NCBI GenBank assembly: GCA_031291635.1
Contig: JARLIR010000126.1
Location: forward strand, 3,634 to 67,633
Source of the DNA: Rhizomicrobium sp.
Lineage (GTDB): Bacteria > Pseudomonadota > Alphaproteobacteria > Micropepsales > Micropepsaceae
Reading direction: 5' to 3'
DNA length: 64,000 nt
Position 1 is the stretch's first letter. Each line of letters begins with the position of its first letter. Below are positions 38,021 through 49,047 of the stretch, piece after piece. The notes beneath the pieces were generated by a model, which made no database searches, was not told the DNA's origin, and worked only from the letters and a program-made list of their open reading frames with translations. Position numbers and translations under genes: made by a program.

Positions 38021-39712
38021 TTAAAACAGCCCTTCGATCTGACCGTCCGTATCGAGATGAATGGCGTTGGCGGCAGGGATGCGGGGCAGGCCGGGCATGG
38101 TCATGATGTCGCCCGCGATCACCACGATGAACTCTGCCCCGGCCGAAAGCCGCACTTCGCGCAACTTGACCGTGTGGCCTTCGGGGGCGCCGCGCAAGGC
38201 CGGATTGGTGGAGAAGGAATACTGCGTCTTGGCGATGCAAATGGGCAGGCGGCCATAGCCGGCTTGTTCGAGATCAGACAACTGCTGGCGCAGACTGGCA
38301 TCGGCAGCGATATCTTTGGCGCCATAGATTTCGCGCGCCACAACTTCGATCTTTTCCCATAAGGAGAGGTTGTCGGGATACAGCGGCTTGAAGGCAGCGC
38401 TGCCGCTTTCGGCTTCCGCCACCACAGCCTCAGCCAATTCCGTCACGCCCGCGCCGCCTTCGGCCCAGCCTTTGCAGACATAGGCCTCGCAATTGGCGCT
38501 GCGCGCTATGGCGCTGACGGCAGCCAGTTCCGCTTCGCTATCACCTGCGAAATGATTGATGGCGACGATCACCGGGACGCCAAATTTGCGCAAATTGGCG
38601 ATGTGGCGGGTCAGATTGGGAGCACCGCGGTTGATGGCGTCAAGATCGGGCTTACCGAGATCGCCGCGGGCGACACCACCGTGGAATTTCAGCGCCCGCA
38701 CGGTGGCAACCAACACCGCTACGCAAGGTTTCAAATCCGCTTTGCGGCATTTGATGTCGAAGAATTTCTCGGCACCGAGATCCGCCCCGAAACCGGCTTC
38801 GGTGACAACGTAATCGGCAAGCTTGAGCGCCGCCTTGGTGGCAATCACCGAATTGCAGCCATGGGCGATATTGGCAAACGGTCCGCCATGGATCAGCACC
38901 GGATTGTTTTCCAGCGTCTGCACCAGATTGGGCAGCAAGGCATCTTTCAGCAGCACGGCCATGGCGCCGGACGCGTTGAGATCGCCTGCGGTGAGGAAAC
39001 GGCCTTCCCGAGTCTTGCCGATGACGATGGCGGCCAAGCGGCGTTCGAGATCGGCAAGATCGGTGGCGAGGCACAGAATCGCCATCACTTCCGAAGCCAC
39101 GGTGATATCGAAACCATCTTCGCGCGGAAAGCCGTTGGCAGCCCCGCCCAAAGACGAAACGATGCCGCGCAGCGCGCGATCATTCATGTCGAGGCAGCGG
39201 CGCCAGGTGATGCGGCGGGTATCAAGGCCGAGCGCATTGCCCCAATAGACGTGATTGTCGATCAAGGCGGCGAGGAGATTGTTGGCGGCGGTCACGGCGT
39301 GAAAATCGCCGGTGAAATGCAGGTTGATGTCTTCCATCGGCACCACTTGGGCAAAGCCGCCCCCCGCGGCACCGCCTTTGATGCCGAAGCACGGCCCCAG
39401 CGAAGGCTCGCGCAAACAAGCGATGGCGCGCTTGCCGATGCGGCTGAGGCCGTCATTGAGACCGATGGTGGTGGTGGTTTTGCCCTCGCCCGCCGGCGTG
39501 GGCGTGATGGCGGTGACCAGGATCAGCTTGCCGTCCGGACGGCTGGCAAAGTCCTCGATTTCACCCAGCACCAGCTTGGCCTTGTGGTGGCCATAAGGAA
39601 TCAGGGCGGTGTCGCTGAGGCCCAGTTTGGCCGCGACATCGACGATTCGTTTCATTTTGGCGGCGCGGGCAATCTCAATATTGCTGCGAACGGGGGCGCT
39701 TTGGGATTCCAT
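38021..39712 (-). CDS. fhs: Formate--tetrahydrofolate ligase
   Basis: '[15 protein letters not shown]', '[10 protein letters not shown]', '[14 protein letters not shown]', '[13 protein letters not shown]'. Confidence 0.96.
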   Translation of the reverse strand: MESQSAPVRSNIEIARAAKMKRIVDVAAKLGLSDTALIPYGHHKAKLVLGEIEDFASRPDGKLILVTAITPTPAGEGKTTTTIGLNDGLSRIGKRAIACLREPSLGPCFGIKGGAAGGGFAQVVPMEDINLHFTGDFHAVTAANNLLAALIDNHVYWGNALGLDTRRITWRRCLDMNDRALRGIVSSLGGAANGFPREDGFDITVASEVMAILCLATDLADLERRLAAIVIGKTREGRFLTAGDLNASGAMAVLLKDALLPNLVQTLENNPVLIHGGPFANIAHGCNSVIATKAALKLADYVVTEAGFGADLGAEKFFDIKCRKADLKPCVAVLVATVRALKFHGGVARGDLGKPDLDAINRGAPNLTRHIANLRKFGVPVIVAINHFAGDSEAELAAVSAIARSANCEAYVCKGWAEGGAGVTELAEAVVAEAESGSAAFKPLYPDNLSLWEKIEVVAREIYGAKDIAADASLRQQLSDLEQAGYGRLPICIAKTQYSFSTNPALRGAPEGHTVKLREVRLSAGAEFIVVIAGDIMTMPGLPRIPAANAIHLDTDGQIEGLF

Positions 39713-39767
39713 AAACCACTCTAAACTGATTGCTGCGCCAAGCGCCGACCGGAGCTGCTTGTTGCCG

Positions 39768-40694
39768 TCACAGCGTGGTTTTGCAACGGGGATGGGCGTT
39801 TGCATAGACGTCCATCAGCCGTTTGGTGTCGATTTCCGTATAGGTCTGGGTGGTGGAGAGCGAAGTATGGCCCAGCAATTCCTGCACCGCGCGCAGATCG
39901 CCGCCATTGGCGAGCAGATGAGTCGCGAAGGAATGCCGCAGGGCGTGCGGGGTGGCGCGATCCGACAGACCCAGCGCCGAACGCAATGTCTGCATCAAAG
40001 CCTGGGCCTCGCGCGGGCTCATCGGCTTGCCGGTGCGCGAAACGAAGAGCGGTGCGGCGTCGAAGGGACAGACGGCGGCATAAGCCGCCACCGCTTCGCG
40101 CACGGCGGGAAGCAGCGGCACGCTGCGCTCCTTTTTGCCTTTGCCGATGACATTCAAGGTCTCGCCCAAAGGCAGATCCGCCCGTTTCAGGCTGAGACCT
40201 TCGGAAATGCGCAAACCGGCGCCATAAAGCAGGGTGAGTAGGGCGGTATCACGGGCCGCCAGCCAAGCGACATCGTTGTTACCGGCCTCTGCCAAGGTGC
40301 GCGCGGCATCGGTTTCGCTGAGCGGACGCGGCAAGGTGCGCGGGATACGCGGCGTGCGCACCGCCTGGGCGGCGGCATTCTCCAGCACCCCCTCGCGGGC
40401 CAGGAAGCGAAAGAAGCTGCGCACGGCCGCCAGCGCCCGCTGTACGCCACGCGGCCCCAGCCCATCCTTGCGGCGGGTGGTGATGAAGGCGCGGATGTCG
40501 GCGGGCAGCAGGGCGGTCAGATCGACCGCTTCCGGCGTGGTGCCAGTATGCGGTCCCAGGAAATCCAGAAAACGGCCTAGATCATCGCCATAAGCGCGCA
40601 AAGTGTGCGGGCTGGCGCGGCGCTCATGGGCTAGGCTGTTCAGCCAATCCGCCTTCAGGGTCTGGCAGTTCAAGGCTTGGGCAGATCGAGCCAT
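39768..40694 (-). CDS. xerC: Tyrosine recombinase XerC
   Basis: '[11 protein letters not shown]', '[14 protein letters not shown]', 'VQELLGH.SLSTTQ.Y'; follows DUF484 as in the core xerC locus. Confidence 0.88.
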   Translation of the reverse strand: MARSAQALNCQTLKADWLNSLAHERRASPHTLRAYGDDLGRFLDFLGPHTGTTPEAVDLTALLPADIRAFITTRRKDGLGPRGVQRALAAVRSFFRFLAREGVLENAAAQAVRTPRIPRTLPRPLSETDAARTLAEAGNNDVAWLAARDTALLTLLYGAGLRISEGLSLKRADLPLGETLNVIGKGKKERSVPLLPAVREAVAAYAAVCPFDAAPLFVSRTGKPMSPREAQALMQTLRSALGLSDRATPHALRHSFATHLLANGGDLRAVQELLGHTSLSTTQTYTEIDTKRLMDVYANAHPRCKTTL

Positions 40695-41365
40695 GCGCGG
40701 ATCGCCCTTTCGAGCGCACGCGCGAAGTAGCCGAGACCAGCTTCGCTGTCGTGCCCGTCAAAGCGCCCTTCGGCCAAGGAGCCAAGGACATAGAGCGCCG
40801 CCGGGGTGTCGTGGCCGATGCGCAAGCGAAAGGCGGCAATGGCGCGATAACCGGTGCGGCCAAAAAGGTGTTCCCCGCCACCGGAGAGAATGGCGCCCAT
40901 ACCTTCCGGCCCCACCACGGCTGTGACGGTGCCCGGAGCAATCAGGCGCACGCCCTCAGTGGAGGTGGCCGCCTCGATACCGTCCGCGGCTTCGATGCAG
41001 AAAACGGCGCGATCGGCGCCAAAAGCGGGGGCTGCCGCGGTCGCCACGGCAATGACCTCGGCAAAACTGCGGGCATCGAGCAGATCGAGCACCGCTTTGC
41101 GCACGCCTTCGGACAATTTAAAGCCGCGATCCGCCGAAGCGGTCAGGGCATCGCGCTCGGCGCGCAAGGTCTGATTGTCGGCACGCAATTTTTCGATGGC
41201 ATAATGCTGCAGATCGCTGATACCTGCTTCACTGAAGCGCTCCGGCAAGAGCAGCGACAAAAGCTCACCATCGGCAGCCAGCCGCGCCCGATTCATCCGG
41301 ATATAGGCTTTCACCGCTTCGGCAGCGGCAACAGCAGGTTCGCGGGACGGCGCGCGTTCACTCAT
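40670..41365 (-). CDS. DUF484 family protein
   Basis: Coiled-coil N-terminus ('DLQ...IEKLR'), GAF-like C-terminus; canonical position upstream of xerC. Confidence 0.7.
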   Translation of the reverse strand: MSERAPSREPAVAAAEAVKAYIRMNRARLAADGELLSLLLPERFSEAGISDLQHYAIEKLRADNQTLRAERDALTASADRGFKLSEGVRKAVLDLLDARSFAEVIAVATAAAPAFGADRAVFCIEAADGIEAATSTEGVRLIAPGTVTAVVGPEGMGAILSGGGEHLFGRTGYRAIAAFRLRIGHDTPAALYVLGSLAEGRFDGHDSEAGLGYFARALERAIRAWLDLPKP

Positions 41366-41427
41366 GGGGCATGATAAACCATGAATTGGGTGAGGGACCA
41401 AAAGATTCGCGATTCGAAGATTATGTC

Positions 41428-43614
41428 ATGAGCGATGCTGTTCTGAAATCCACAGTTGCAGAAAGCCGCGCCGCTGTGTTGCTGCCGCTGCCGCTGGCGG
41501 GCGCTTATGATTACAAGCTGGCTGTCCCTGCGCAGCGCGGGCTTATTGTGATGGCACCGTTGGGGCCGCGCCAAAGCTTGGGTGTGGTGTGGGGCGCAGC
41601 CGCGGGTGGTGTCGAGGAAGCGCGGCTGAAAGAGGCGGTGCCACTCGACGGTGCGCCTTGTCTGCCCACGGGCCTGTGCGATTTCATCGATTGGGTGGCG
41701 GGGTACACCCTGACCTTACCCGGCATGGTGCTGGCCATGGCGCTGCGCTCACGCCAAGCCTTGGAGCCTGAGACCCCGCGTATTGCTTACGCGAGGGCAG
41801 AGGGTGAGCCCAAGAAAATGACCCCGGCGCGGGCCCGCGTGCTGGAGATCGCCGGGCATGGCTTGGCACGTTCGGTGCCGCAATTGGCCGAAGAAGCCAA
41901 TGTCACCCCGGCCGTGGTGCGCGGCCTGATCGATTGCGGCGCCTTGGCCGCGGTGGAATTGCCCGAGTTTCCGCCCTTCGCCCTGCCCGATCCAAATTAT
42001 GACAGCCCCAAGCTCAGCACCGAACAGGAGCTGGCCGCGCTGGTCTTGAAAGGGGCGGTGGCAGGAATGCGCTTCGGCGTCAGCCTGCTCGACGGCATTA
42101 CCGGCTCGGGCAAGACCGAGACTTATTTCGAAGCGGTGGCCGAAGCGCTGCGCCACGGCCGCCAGAGCCTGATCATGCTGCCCGAGATTGCCCTGACGGT
42201 GCAGTTCTTGGAACGCTTCGCCGAGCGTTTCGGTTGCCGCCCCGCCGAGTGGCATTCCGATCTGTCGCAACGCGAACGCCGCCGCGTCTTCCGCGCCGTG
42301 ATGAGCGGCGAAGCCAAGGTGGTGGTGGGGGCGCGCTCGGCACTGTTCCTGCCCTTTGCCGATCTCGGCCTCATCGTCGTCGATGAAGAGCATGAGCAAG
42401 CTTACAAACAGGAAGACGGCGCCATCTATCATGCGCGCGATATGGCAGTGGTGCGGGCGCGCTTCGAACACTGCCCGGTGATCCTGGCCAGTGCGACGCC
42501 TTCTTTGGAAAGTTATGTCAACGCCACCAGCGGGCGCTATGCCCATCTGATGCTGCGCAATCGCCATGGCGTGGCGGTGCTGCCGGAAATTCGCTTGATC
42601 GATCTAACGCAAGATCGCTGCGAGCACGGCACGTTCTTATCGCCGACCTTGCGCGAGGCGGTGACGCGCACGCTGGAAGCGGGCGAACAGGCGATGCTGT
42701 TCCTCAATCGCCGCGGCTATGCTCCGCTGACCTTATGCGAAGCTTGCGGGCATAAGATGGTGTGTAAACAATGCTCGGCTTGGCTGGTGGAGCATCGTTA
42801 TAGGAAGCGCCTGGTCTGTCATCATTGCGGCTTTGAGACCGGCATGCCGGAAAGCTGCCCGCAATGCGGTACCAGCGGCGCCTTCACTGCTTGCGGCCCC
42901 GGCGTCGAGCGGGTGGCCGAAGAATTCAAGCTGCTGTTTCCCGAAGCGCGTATGGCGATTGCCTCCTCCGACACCATGAGTGGCCCCACCGAATCGCAAA
43001 GCGCTATTCGGGCGATGGGCAAGCACGAGATCGATGTCTTGATCGGCACCCAGATCGTCGCCAAAGGCCATCACTTTCCGCAACTGACCTTGGTGGGTGT
43101 GGTCGATGCCGATCTCGGCAGCTCGGATGGCGATTTGCGTTCGCGCGAACGTACCTTTCAGCTGCTGCACCAAGTGGCAGGACGCGCGGGCCGCGCCGAA
43201 AAGCCGGGCCTGGTCCTGTTGCAGACGCGCAATCCCAAAGATGCGGTGATGCAAGCGCTGACGGCGACCGACCGCGATGCCTTCTATGAACAGGAAACCA
43301 AATATCGCGCCGCCAGCCATGCGCCGCCCTTTGGACGGCTGGCGGCAATCATCTTGTCCGGTCATGACGGCGATAGCGTGCGCGAAGCGGGACGGATTTT
43401 CGCCAGCACCGCGCCGGCGGCACGCGGCGTCAAAGTGTGGGGACCGACACCGGCGTTTTATGCGCTGCTGCGCGGCCAGACCCGCGAGCGGCTGTTGGTG
43501 CAAGCGGAAAAAGCCGTCGACATCCAAGCTTATTTGCGCCGCTGGCTTTCGCTCGCCACGGCACCGAAATCGGTGCGCGTGGTGGTCGATGTCGATCCAG
43601 TGAGTTTTTTCTAA
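41428..43614 (+). CDS. priA: Primosomal protein N'
   Basis: 'GITGSGKTE.Y', 'PEIALT', 'DEEHE', Zn-finger Cys clusters, 'GTQIVAKGHHFP'. Confidence 0.96.
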   Translation: MSDAVLKSTVAESRAAVLLPLPLAGAYDYKLAVPAQRGLIVMAPLGPRQSLGVVWGAAAGGVEEARLKEAVPLDGAPCLPTGLCDFIDWVAGYTLTLPGMVLAMALRSRQALEPETPRIAYARAEGEPKKMTPARARVLEIAGHGLARSVPQLAEEANVTPAVVRGLIDCGALAAVELPEFPPFALPDPNYDSPKLSTEQELAALVLKGAVAGMRFGVSLLDGITGSGKTETYFEAVAEALRHGRQSLIMLPEIALTVQFLERFAERFGCRPAEWHSDLSQRERRRVFRAVMSGEAKVVVGARSALFLPFADLGLIVVDEEHEQAYKQEDGAIYHARDMAVVRARFEHCPVILASATPSLESYVNATSGRYAHLMLRNRHGVAVLPEIRLIDLTQDRCEHGTFLSPTLREAVTRTLEAGEQAMLFLNRRGYAPLTLCEACGHKMVCKQCSAWLVEHRYRKRLVCHHCGFETGMPESCPQCGTSGAFTACGPGVERVAEEFKLLFPEARMAIASSDTMSGPTESQSAIRAMGKHEIDVLIGTQIVAKGHHFPQLTLVGVVDADLGSSDGDLRSRERTFQLLHQVAGRAGRAEKPGLVLLQTRNPKDAVMQALTATDRDAFYEQETKYRAASHAPPFGRLAAIILSGHDGDSVREAGRIFASTAPAARGVKVWGPTPAFYALLRGQTRERLLVQAEKAVDIQAYLRRWLSLATAPKSVRVVVDVDPVSFF

Positions 43615-43620
43615 ATCGAT

Positions 43621-43911
43621 TTATTGATGCAGACACTGCAGGCGCGCGGCTTCCGCTTGGCGGCGCTGCGTGGCCTCGTCGAAGCCCTGCTCGCGGCTTT
43701 CCTGCGCGGCAGCTTTGCCAGCGGCCTCACACCAGGGATCGCTTTGCGGCATCGCTGCCGGGGGCGCTGTTGTCGTGGGGGGCGAAACTGGCGCAGCCGG
43801 GGCTGGACGTTCGCCGAGGCCAATATAAGAAAGGGAATGATCCCAATTGGCATCGGTGCAGCCCCCGAGCAGGCAAGCCAACACAGCGACTGCGGCAACG
43901 CGGTTGAGCAT
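43621..43911 (-). CDS. Small hypothetical lipoprotein
   Basis: Lipobox 'LLGGC', Pro-rich linker, C-terminal Cys pair. Confidence 0.55.
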   Translation of the reverse strand: MLNRVAAVAVLACLLGGCTDANWDHSLSYIGLGERPAPAAPVSPPTTTAPPAAMPQSDPWCEAAGKAAAQESREQGFDEATQRRQAEAARLQCLHQ

Positions 43912-44036
43912 CAGAAAACTCGTCAAAATTGCGTGCGAGTCTTAGTGCAATTTTCTGCGAAAGGAAAATGCCACCCCCGAAACAAGGTTCGAAATGTCAC
44001 AGACATTTCGTCCCAATTTGTTTCGATTGCGGCAGA

Positions 44037-45437
44037 TTAATCCAGTTCGCGCACATCAACCAAATGGCCCGCAATCGCGGCGGCTGCCGCCATCGCCGGG
44101 CTCATCAAATGGGTGCGCCCGCCGCGACCCTGACGGCCTTCGAAATTGCGGTTGGAGGTAGAGGCGCAACGCTCGCCCGGCTCCAAACGATCAGCATTCA
44201 TGGCCAAACACATCGAACAGCCCGGCTCGCGCCATTCAAAGCCCGACGCAATAAAGATCTGATCGAGACCCTCTTCTTCGGCCTGATGTTTCACCAAGCC
44301 AGAGCCGGGCACAACCATGGCGCTTACATGGCTCGCCACTTTACGGCCCTTGGCAATTTTGGCGGCGGCGCGAAAATCTTCGATGCGGCCATTCGTACAC
44401 GAACCAATGAAAACGCGATCGATCTTAACATCCGTAAGCGGAGTACCCGGCGTCAAATCCATATAGGCCAAGGCCCGTTCCACACCGCTGCGCTTGCCCG
44501 GGTCGGTGATAGCGGCGGGATCCGGGACCACAGCGGTGACCGGCAAAGCCTGTTCCGGCGACGTGCCCCAGGTCACCATCGGTACGATATCGGACGCTTC
44601 CAGCGTGATCTCGACATCAAAGACGGCGTCCGCGTCGGACTGCAGATGACGCCAGGTGGCCACCGCCGCTTCGAAGGCGCCGCCCTTGGGCGCGCGCGGA
44701 CGGCCAGCGACATAAGCGAAGGTGACGTCATCGGGGGCAATCAGACCAGCGCGGGCACCGCCCTCGATGGTCATGTTGCACAGCGTCATGCGCCCTTCCA
44801 TGGAAAGACCGCGCACGGCTTCGCCGGCAAATTCGATGACATAGCCGGTGCCGCCCGCAGTACCGATTTTGGCGATGATGGCGAGCGCGATGTCTTTGGC
44901 GGTGATGCCGTCCTGCAGCGCCCCATTGACGGTCACGCGCATATTCTTGGACTTCGGGGCCAGCAAGGTCTGGGTCGCCAGCACATGCTCGACTTCCGAG
45001 GTGCCGATGCCAAAGGCCAGCGCCCCGAAAGCGCCATGGGTGGAGGTGTGGGAATCGCCGCAAACGATAGTGGTGCCCGGCAGGGTAAAGCCTTGCTCCG
45101 GTCCGACGATATGCACGACGCCTTGGCGGATGTCGTCCATCTGCAGATACTCGACACCGAAATCTTTGGTGTTGCGTTCCAGCGTGGCGATCTGCTCGGC
45201 CGATTCCGGATCGGAGATGCCTTTGGCGCGGTCCTTGGTGGGGACGTTGTGATCGGCCACCGCCAACGTCTTTTCCGGACGGCGCACAACACGGCCGGTG
45301 TTGCGCAAGCCTTCGAAGGCCTGCGGGCTCGTCACCTCATGGACCAGATGGCGGTCGATATAAAGGACGCTCGATTCCCCGGCAGCTTCGTGCACCAGAT
45401 GCGCATCCCAAATCTTATCGAACAGAGTCTTGCCCAT
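44037..45437 (-). CDS. leuC: 3-isopropylmalate dehydratase large subunit
   Basis: '[17 protein letters not shown]', '[13 protein letters not shown]', 'GSCTNGR', 'GCSMCLAMN', '[12 protein letters not shown]'. Confidence 0.97.
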   Translation of the reverse strand: MGKTLFDKIWDAHLVHEAAGESSVLYIDRHLVHEVTSPQAFEGLRNTGRVVRRPEKTLAVADHNVPTKDRAKGISDPESAEQIATLERNTKDFGVEYLQMDDIRQGVVHIVGPEQGFTLPGTTIVCGDSHTSTHGAFGALAFGIGTSEVEHVLATQTLLAPKSKNMRVTVNGALQDGITAKDIALAIIAKIGTAGGTGYVIEFAGEAVRGLSMEGRMTLCNMTIEGGARAGLIAPDDVTFAYVAGRPRAPKGGAFEAAVATWRHLQSDADAVFDVEITLEASDIVPMVTWGTSPEQALPVTAVVPDPAAITDPGKRSGVERALAYMDLTPGTPLTDVKIDRVFIGSCTNGRIEDFRAAAKIAKGRKVASHVSAMVVPGSGLVKHQAEEEGLDQIFIASGFEWREPGCSMCLAMNADRLEPGERCASTSNRNFEGRQGRGGRTHLMSPAMAAAAAIAGHLVDVRELD

Positions 45438-45512
45438 AGCAGGCCACCTTTTTGCGTCAAACAGGCGGCCTAACAACACCAGCGGGGGCCTTGGCGCAAG
45501 ACCCTTGTCGGC

Positions 45513-45704
45513 TTAGCGGCCGCTGGCGACATAAACCACTACGGCGATCACCAGCAAGGCCACCGCCTGCGCGATAATGCGATAGCGCATCAAGGTGTTA
45601 GACCAGCGCGAGGAGGTCTCGCCGCCAATCGCCATGACCACAATGCCACCGAGGAGAATGACGGCCACCGCCCCCAGGGCGACGAGGATGATGATGGCTG
45701 CCAT
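45513..45704 (-). CDS. HIG1-like twin-transmembrane small protein
   Basis: Two TM helices with 'SN.LMR.RI.AQ' motif. Confidence 0.8.
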   Translation of the reverse strand: MAAIIILVALGAVAVILLGGIVVMAIGGETSSRWSNTLMRYRIIAQAVALLVIAVVVYVASGR

Positions 45705-45722
45705 GGCGTTTGCTCTTCTGTC

Positions 45723-46184
45723 TTAGGCGAGCTCGTCGACCTGCTCGTCGGAAAGGTTACCCGGCACAATGGTGACAGGGATCACTTGCAGCTTGGTGGC
45801 GAAGAGCTTGACCAAGGCTCCAGGCCCATCCTTGGAGGTGCCGGAGGCGACCACCAGAATGGAGATGTCGCGGTCGCGGCGGATCAGCTCCATCAGGCAA
45901 TCGGTTTCCTCACCATCCTCGATGATCAATTCGGGAATGATGCCAGTGAGCGCGTTGATGGTTTTGGCCGCCTCATAGACCAAGGCCTCGGCATCATCGT
46001 GAGCCTCGTCCTTCATGATCTCTTCGACGCCTTGCCATTGCTGGAAGTCGGCGGGGGCGGCGACACAGAGCAACGACACCCGCCCGCCGGTATGCTGCGC
46101 CCGGCGCGCCGCAAAGCGCACCGCCACTTTGCATTCGGCGGTCTTGTCGATCACCACCAGGAATTTGCGCACCGGGGCTGTCAT
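45723..46184 (-). CDS. Universal stress protein
   Basis: 'RKFLVVID...EC..A.RFAARRA..TGG', 'GPG.LV', 'IPVTIVPG.L'. Confidence 0.85.
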   Translation of the reverse strand: MTAPVRKFLVVIDKTAECKVAVRFAARRAQHTGGRVSLLCVAAPADFQQWQGVEEIMKDEAHDDAEALVYEAAKTINALTGIIPELIIEDGEETDCLMELIRRDRDISILVVASGTSKDGPGALVKLFATKLQVIPVTIVPGNLSDEQVDELA

Positions 46185-46226
46185 GGGAACCATTAGCGGA
46201 TTATCGGCTGTTCCGCTTTTGTTTAG

Positions 46227-46286
46227 CACGCGGAGAGGCGGAGACACAGAGAGGTTTTTACTCCGCGACCTCCGCGGCTCCGCGTG
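46227..46286. repeat. Short-period tandem-repeat hairpin
   Basis: CACGCGGAGAGGCGGAGACACAGAG...CTCCGCGACCTCCGCGGCTCCGCGTG. Confidence 0.65.
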
Positions 46287-46296
46287 CCCCCCTTTT

Positions 46297-48939
46297 TCAA
46301 TTCAATGGCAGCTTGGCTTTCAGCTCGTACAGCATTTCCAGGGCGCCTTTGGGGGAGAGGGCGTCGGGGTCGATCGCGCGCAAGGCTTCTTCGACGGCGC
46401 TGCCTTCCTTACGGGCCGGAGCGGTGGCGGAGAACAGCGGCAGATCATCGATGCGGGCGAGCGGCTTGTGGCCTTCCTGACCGTCTTCCAGCGCCTTCAA
46501 GACTTCGCGCGCCCGTTCCACCACGGCTTGCGGCAAACCCGCCAGCTTGGCGACATGAATACCGTAAGAACGATCCGCCACCCCCGGCACCACCTCGTGC
46601 AGGAAGACGATTGAGTCATTCCATTCGCGCACCCGCATGGTGACGCAAGCCATGGAGGGTAAGCGCTCGGCCAGCGCCGTCATCTCATGATAATGGGTGG
46701 CAAAGAGAGCGCGGGATTTGTTCTTCAGTGACAGATGCTCGGCGGTGGCCCAAGCAATGGCGAGGCCGTCATAAGTGGCAGTGCCGCGGCCAATCTCGTC
46801 CAAAATGACGAGACTGCGCGGCGTGGCTTGATTGAGGATGGCGGCGGTCTCCACCATCTCGACCATGAAGGTGGACCGCCCGGCGGCCAGATCATCGCCG
46901 GCGCCGACGCGCGAGAACAGCCGGTCGACAATGCCGATATGAGCGCTTTCGGCCGGTACGAAAGAACCCATTTGCGCCAGGATGACGATCAGCGCGTTCT
47001 GCCGCAAAAAGGTCGATTTACCCGCCATATTGGGACCGGTGACGAGCCAAAGCCGGGCTTCGCTCGACAGATTGGCATCATTGGGAACGAAAGGCGTGTG
47101 CGTGGCGAGGAGCGCGGCTTCCACCACCGGATGGCGGGCACGTTTGAGGGCAAAAGCTTTGCTGTCATCGACTTTGGGGCGGACATAATTTTTCGTGCGC
47201 GCCAGATCGGCGAGGCTGGAGGCAACGTCCAGCACGGCGAGCGCTTCAGCGATCCGCGACAAAGGCTGGGCCGCGGCCAAGGCATCGGCCGCCATCTCGT
47301 CAAACAGTTGCTTTTCCAAAGCCAGCGCCTGATCGCCCGCTTGGCTGATGCGATTGGCGAGGCTGGAAAGTTCGTCTGTGGAAAAGCGCACTGCTCCGCC
47401 CATGGTCTGGCGATGGCGATAGCCCGTGGTCATCAGCTTGTCGGCATGCTGCGGGGTGACTTCGATGAAGTACCCCAAAACGCCATTGTGCTTGATCTTG
47501 AGCGGCGTGCCGCTCTCCTCGCGATAACGGCTTTCAAGCTGGGCGATGACGCGGCGGGATTCATCGCGCAGGCTGCGGATGTCATCGAGCGCGGCATGGG
47601 CACCAGCGCGAATAAAGCCGCCGTCACGGGCATAAAAAGGCGGTTCCGGCACCAGCAAATGCGTCAGCTTGGCGGCCAGAGGCGAGACCTCGACCAGAGC
47701 TTCGAGCAAAGCCGCTAAAGCTTCGCCCGCTTCACCGCGGGCTTCCAGCAACAACTCGCGGCTTTCGCGCGCGGCGATAATGCCATCGCGCAAGCAAGCC
47801 AGATCGCGCGGTCCGCCACGCTGCACCGACAGCCGGGCCAGGCTCCGCGCAATGTCCGGGGCGGAGCGCAGCTTGCCCCGCAGATCGTCGCTGCTATCGC
47901 GGCTGGCGAAAAAATGCGCCACCGCTTCCTGGCGATGGGCGATGGCGGCGGCATCGGTCAGCGGCGCCGCCAGTCTGGCAGCGAGGAGACGGGCGCCCGC
48001 GGCGGTCACGGTACGATCGACGGCGGAGAGAAAACTGCCGCGGCGCTCGCCCGCCAGGGTTTGCATCAGCTCGAGATTGCGCCGCGTGGCGCCATCAATC
48101 GCCATATAAGCGGAAACGCCATCATGACTGAGGGGCGAGAGGGCGGGCATTTTGCCCTTTTGCGTCAGCTCCAAATAGCCGATCAGGGCGCCGGCAGCGG
48201 AAATTTCGGCGCGGGCGAAACTGCCAAAACCAGCCAGCTCGGTGACACCATAGAAAGCCTTCAAGGCGCGCTCACTGGCGGCAGAATCGAATTTGATCGC
48301 GGGCAGCACCGTCAGCGCCGCGCCCAGCGCATTTAAGGTCGCCGCCATCTCGGGATCGGCGAAGAGCGAATCCGGCACGATCAATTCGGAGGGCGCCAGC
48401 CGCGCCAGCTCCATGCTGAGTTCGCTTGGGGCAAGGCTGGCGACACGGAAATGCCCAGCGCTCATTTCGGCTGTGGCCAGCGCCAATTCGCCGCCCGCCC
48501 GCCCCAGGCTCGCCAGGAGGTTGGCTTGGTTGGGCTGCAGCAGGGATTCTTCGGTCAGGGTGCCGGGGGTGACCAGACGCACCACTTCGCGCCGCACCAC
48601 TGATTTGGAGCCACGCTTTTTCGCCTCTGCCGGGTCTTCCATTTGTTCGCATATCGCGACGCGAAAGCCTTTGCGGATGAGACGCTCCAGATAGGCTTCG
48701 GCGGCATGAACCGGAACGCCACAGAGCGGAATGTCCTTGCCTTGATAGGTGCCGCGCTTGGTCAGGGCGATATCGAGGGCTTCGGCGGCCTTGACGGCAT
48801 CGTCAAAGAACATCTCGTAGAAATCGCCCATGCGGTAGAACAGAATATAGCCGGCATGCTCCGCTTTCAGATCGAGGAAGCGGGCCATCGCCGGGGTGGC
48901 GACATCGGAGGGGTCGGTGGGGGACGGATCAAGGCTCAT
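46297..48939 (-). CDS. mutS: DNA mismatch repair protein MutS
   Basis: 'FYRMGDFYEMF', 'TGPNMAGKSTFLRQ', 'GRSTFMVEM', 'DEIGRGT', 'FATHYHE'. Confidence 0.97.
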   Translation of the reverse strand: MSLDPSPTDPSDVATPAMARFLDLKAEHAGYILFYRMGDFYEMFFDDAVKAAEALDIALTKRGTYQGKDIPLCGVPVHAAEAYLERLIRKGFRVAICEQMEDPAEAKKRGSKSVVRREVVRLVTPGTLTEESLLQPNQANLLASLGRAGGELALATAEMSAGHFRVASLAPSELSMELARLAPSELIVPDSLFADPEMAATLNALGAALTVLPAIKFDSAASERALKAFYGVTELAGFGSFARAEISAAGALIGYLELTQKGKMPALSPLSHDGVSAYMAIDGATRRNLELMQTLAGERRGSFLSAVDRTVTAAGARLLAARLAAPLTDAAAIAHRQEAVAHFFASRDSSDDLRGKLRSAPDIARSLARLSVQRGGPRDLACLRDGIIAARESRELLLEARGEAGEALAALLEALVEVSPLAAKLTHLLVPEPPFYARDGGFIRAGAHAALDDIRSLRDESRRVIAQLESRYREESGTPLKIKHNGVLGYFIEVTPQHADKLMTTGYRHRQTMGGAVRFSTDELSSLANRISQAGDQALALEKQLFDEMAADALAAAQPLSRIAEALAVLDVASSLADLARTKNYVRPKVDDSKAFALKRARHPVVEAALLATHTPFVPNDANLSSEARLWLVTGPNMAGKSTFLRQNALIVILAQMGSFVPAESAHIGIVDRLFSRVGAGDDLAAGRSTFMVEMVETAAILNQATPRSLVILDEIGRGTATYDGLAIAWATAEHLSLKNKSRALFATHYHEMTALAERLPSMACVTMRVREWNDSIVFLHEVVPGVADRSYGIHVAKLAGLPQAVVERAREVLKALEDGQEGHKPLARIDDLPLFSATAPARKEGSAVEEALRAIDPDALSPKGALEMLYELKAKLPLN

Positions 48940-49047
48940 GGCCGCACGCTAGCAGATTGCACGGCTGCGATGCGTTGCTCCGGGCTGGCGTACAAAGGCC
49001 AGATAAGCTGTTATTCTGTGGACAAGATTCCCCCCCGGATTGGATTC

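Noticed and set aside
38021-39712. Functional link between fhs (formate) and class III RNR
   Set aside because: Genes are ~20 kb apart with no shared regulatory signal visible
39768-40694. Tyrosine recombinase as integrase of the tRNA-Thr tract
   Set aside because: Sits in the core DUF484-xerC/priA context on the other side of the tRNA; housekeeping XerC
44037-45437. leuC without adjacent leuD/leuB
   Set aside because: Dispersed leu genes are common in Alphaproteobacteria
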